A stretch of DNA of 63,205 nucleotides, the filler included, from Chiloscyllium plagiosum (taxonomy: Eukaryota), in the NCBI RefSeq assembly GCF_004010195.1. It is 3 parts of one record of this genome, joined end to end, with 100 filler letters (N's around TTAATTAATTAA, not from the genome) between each part and the next. Parts side by side here need not be neighbours in the genome. Positions count along the whole stretch, not along the records: positions 49,616 to 63,205 come from NC_057716.1; 2 more parts are not named here. The stretch is one strand, 5' to 3'. The notes beneath the pieces are model-generated. The model ran no database searches, had not been told where the DNA came from, and saw only the letters and a list, made by a program, of their open reading frames with translations. Made by a program: the position numbers and the translations under genes. Positions 61,502 through 63,205 of the stretch are shown here, in pieces (within the stretch, counting starts at the first letter, position 1; each line of letters opens with the position of its first letter).

Positions 61502-63205
61502 TTTTTTGCAGCAGAGAGCGGTGGGAGCTGGGTGGAAGTGAAGTTGGAGCGCAGAGGCGGTTCGAAAGGTGAGTGACTGTTATTTAAGTACTTACCTCGA
61601 AGCCAACGGTCTTTTTGCAGCAGAGAACGGTGGAAGCTGGGCAGAAGTGAAGTCGGAACGCAGAGGCAGTTGGGAAGGTGAGTAGGGCCTCCCTCCCAAC
61701 CTCCTCCTCTAACCTAAATTAAAAGTCCGCAGAGAAAAGAGTGAGTCTTTAGCTCAGGAGTCTTTGATAAGGAGGTTGAGTGAAGTGATTACGCCACAGT
61801 TGAAGAGGGTGAAGACATGACTGCCAAGCTGATTCAGTGTGCTACATGCATGATGTGGGAGATCAAGGACTCTGGTGTATCTGGCTCGTATAACTGTGGA
61901 AAGTGTGAACGTGTTCAGCTTCTGACAGAGCATATTGCAGCACTGATGAAAGAACTCAATGACCTCAGGCTTATCCGTGAGAACGAGATCTTTCTGGACA
62001 GGACATTCAGTGAGGTTATTACACCGAGCATACCAGAAGAGAATAGAAGGGAGAAGACGATGAGGAAGGCAGAGAGGAGACAAGTGCGAGAGACCCCAGT
62101 GGAAGTACCTGTCAGGAACAGGTTGAATCTTTTGGAAACAGTAGAGACAGATGACACTGCCAGCCGTGAGGCGGTCAGGTCTGCCAATCAAAAGTTGGCG
62201 TGGAGGCAGAGCCGAGGAGTCAGACATCGCACAGAGCCGTGGTGATAGGGGACTCCATAGTGAGAGGAACTGAACGGGATTTCTGTGGCAACAGGTGGGA
62301 TTTGAGGATGGTGTGTTGCCTTCCTGGTGTTAGGATTAAGGACATCACAGACAGAATGCAGGAAATCCTCAAGGGTGAAGGTGAAGAGCCAGAGGTGGTG
62401 GTACATGTCGGCACAAATGACGTCGGGAAGAAGAGGAGGGACATTCTACAGCGGGACTTCGGAGAACTCGGAAGAAAGTTGAAAAACAGGACATGCAGGG
62501 TAGTTATCTCCTCAGGCTGGAGAGGCCAGGAACAGGGAGATATTGGACTTGAATGTGTGGCTGGGGTACTGGTGCAGGAAGCAAGGATTTAAATTCTTGG
62601 ATCGTTGGAATATGTTTTGCGGTACGGATAAATTATACAAGAGGGACGGGTTGCACCTTAATAAGTGAGGGGCCAACATTCTGGCAGGCAGGTTTGCCAC
62701 TGCAACACCGCTGCATTTAAACTAAATAGCGGGGGGGAGGGGACAAACTGGATGTTTAAGAAGGAAATTGAAGGGAAAGTTAGAACAAGAGAAGTCAAGA
62801 AAGACAACGGTATCAATGGAGTAGAAAACTCAACAAGGGATCATGCCGTATGGTTGATAGGAAGGGTGAACACAGTAACAAATTAAAAATATTATATATG
62901 AATGCACAAAGCATTAGAAATAAGATGCTCATTTGGAAATTGGCAGTTATGATGTTGTTGGGATAACAGAGACGTGGCTTCAAGTGGACAGGGCCTGGGA
63001 AATGAATATTCAAGGCTATATGTGCTATCGTAAGGACAGGCTGACGGGCAGAGGGGGTGGGGTGGCCCTGTTGGTAAGGAATGATATTCAGTCCCTTGCG
63101 TGGGAAGACCTAGAATCAGGGGATGTAGAGTCAGTATGGATAGAGCTGAGAAATTCTAAGGGTAAAAAGACCCTCTTGGGAGTTATCTACAGGCCCCCAA
63201 ACAGT
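61502..63205 (+). mobile_element. Younger CR1 LINE with an apparently complete 5' end (tandem-repeat 5' UTR, ORF1 61817 to about 62729, start of ORF2), inserted in the previous CR1
   Basis: ORF1 QCATCMMWE..YNCGKC plus leucine-zipper-like helix; VIGDSIVRG, HVGTNDVG, DGLHLN. ORF2 MNAQSIRNK, GITETWL, GGGVALLV, YRPPN. Runs off the window. Confidence 0.95.

Noticed and set aside
61817..62729. Esterase/zinc-finger ORF as a domesticated host gene
   Set aside because: It is frameshifted, sits between a CR1 5' UTR and ORF2, and an SGNH esterase in CR1 ORF1 is a known feature.
1..63205. CRISPR-like or prokaryotic/viral system
   Set aside because: No regularly spaced repeat-spacer array, operon or viral ORF. 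Recurring motifs are dispersed retroelement ends in vertebrate DNA.

Overview
Repeat-dense vertebrate genomic DNA, almost certainly from a shark or other elasmobranch (inferred from HE1-type SINEs and the CR1/L2/Penelope repertoire). The only host gene I can support is EPB41L5 on the minus strand. Four short GT-AG exons missed by the ORF track (36768-36872, 31946-31988, 30006-30084, 27324-27368) splice in frame to [91 protein letters not shown], the FERM N-lobe into the middle lobe. Almost every long ORF in the track is a decayed CR1/L2 LINE piece, a SINE read-through or its antisense shadow. The most interesting layer is more than a dozen Penelope-like element (PLE) pieces from three subfamilies. 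Many are 95-360 bp solo or fold-back mini-insertions with 10-16 bp target-site duplications (TSDs). They carry a minimal hammerhead-ribozyme-like motif whose stems differ in sequence between subfamilies but keep their pairing. Other highlights are a SINE 5' junction patched with two snippets copied from the surrounding locus, an old local inverted duplication, and two synthetic 100-bp scaffold spacers that cast doubt on contiguity. Repeat boundaries were read by eye and are approximate unless a TSD or splice site is quoted.
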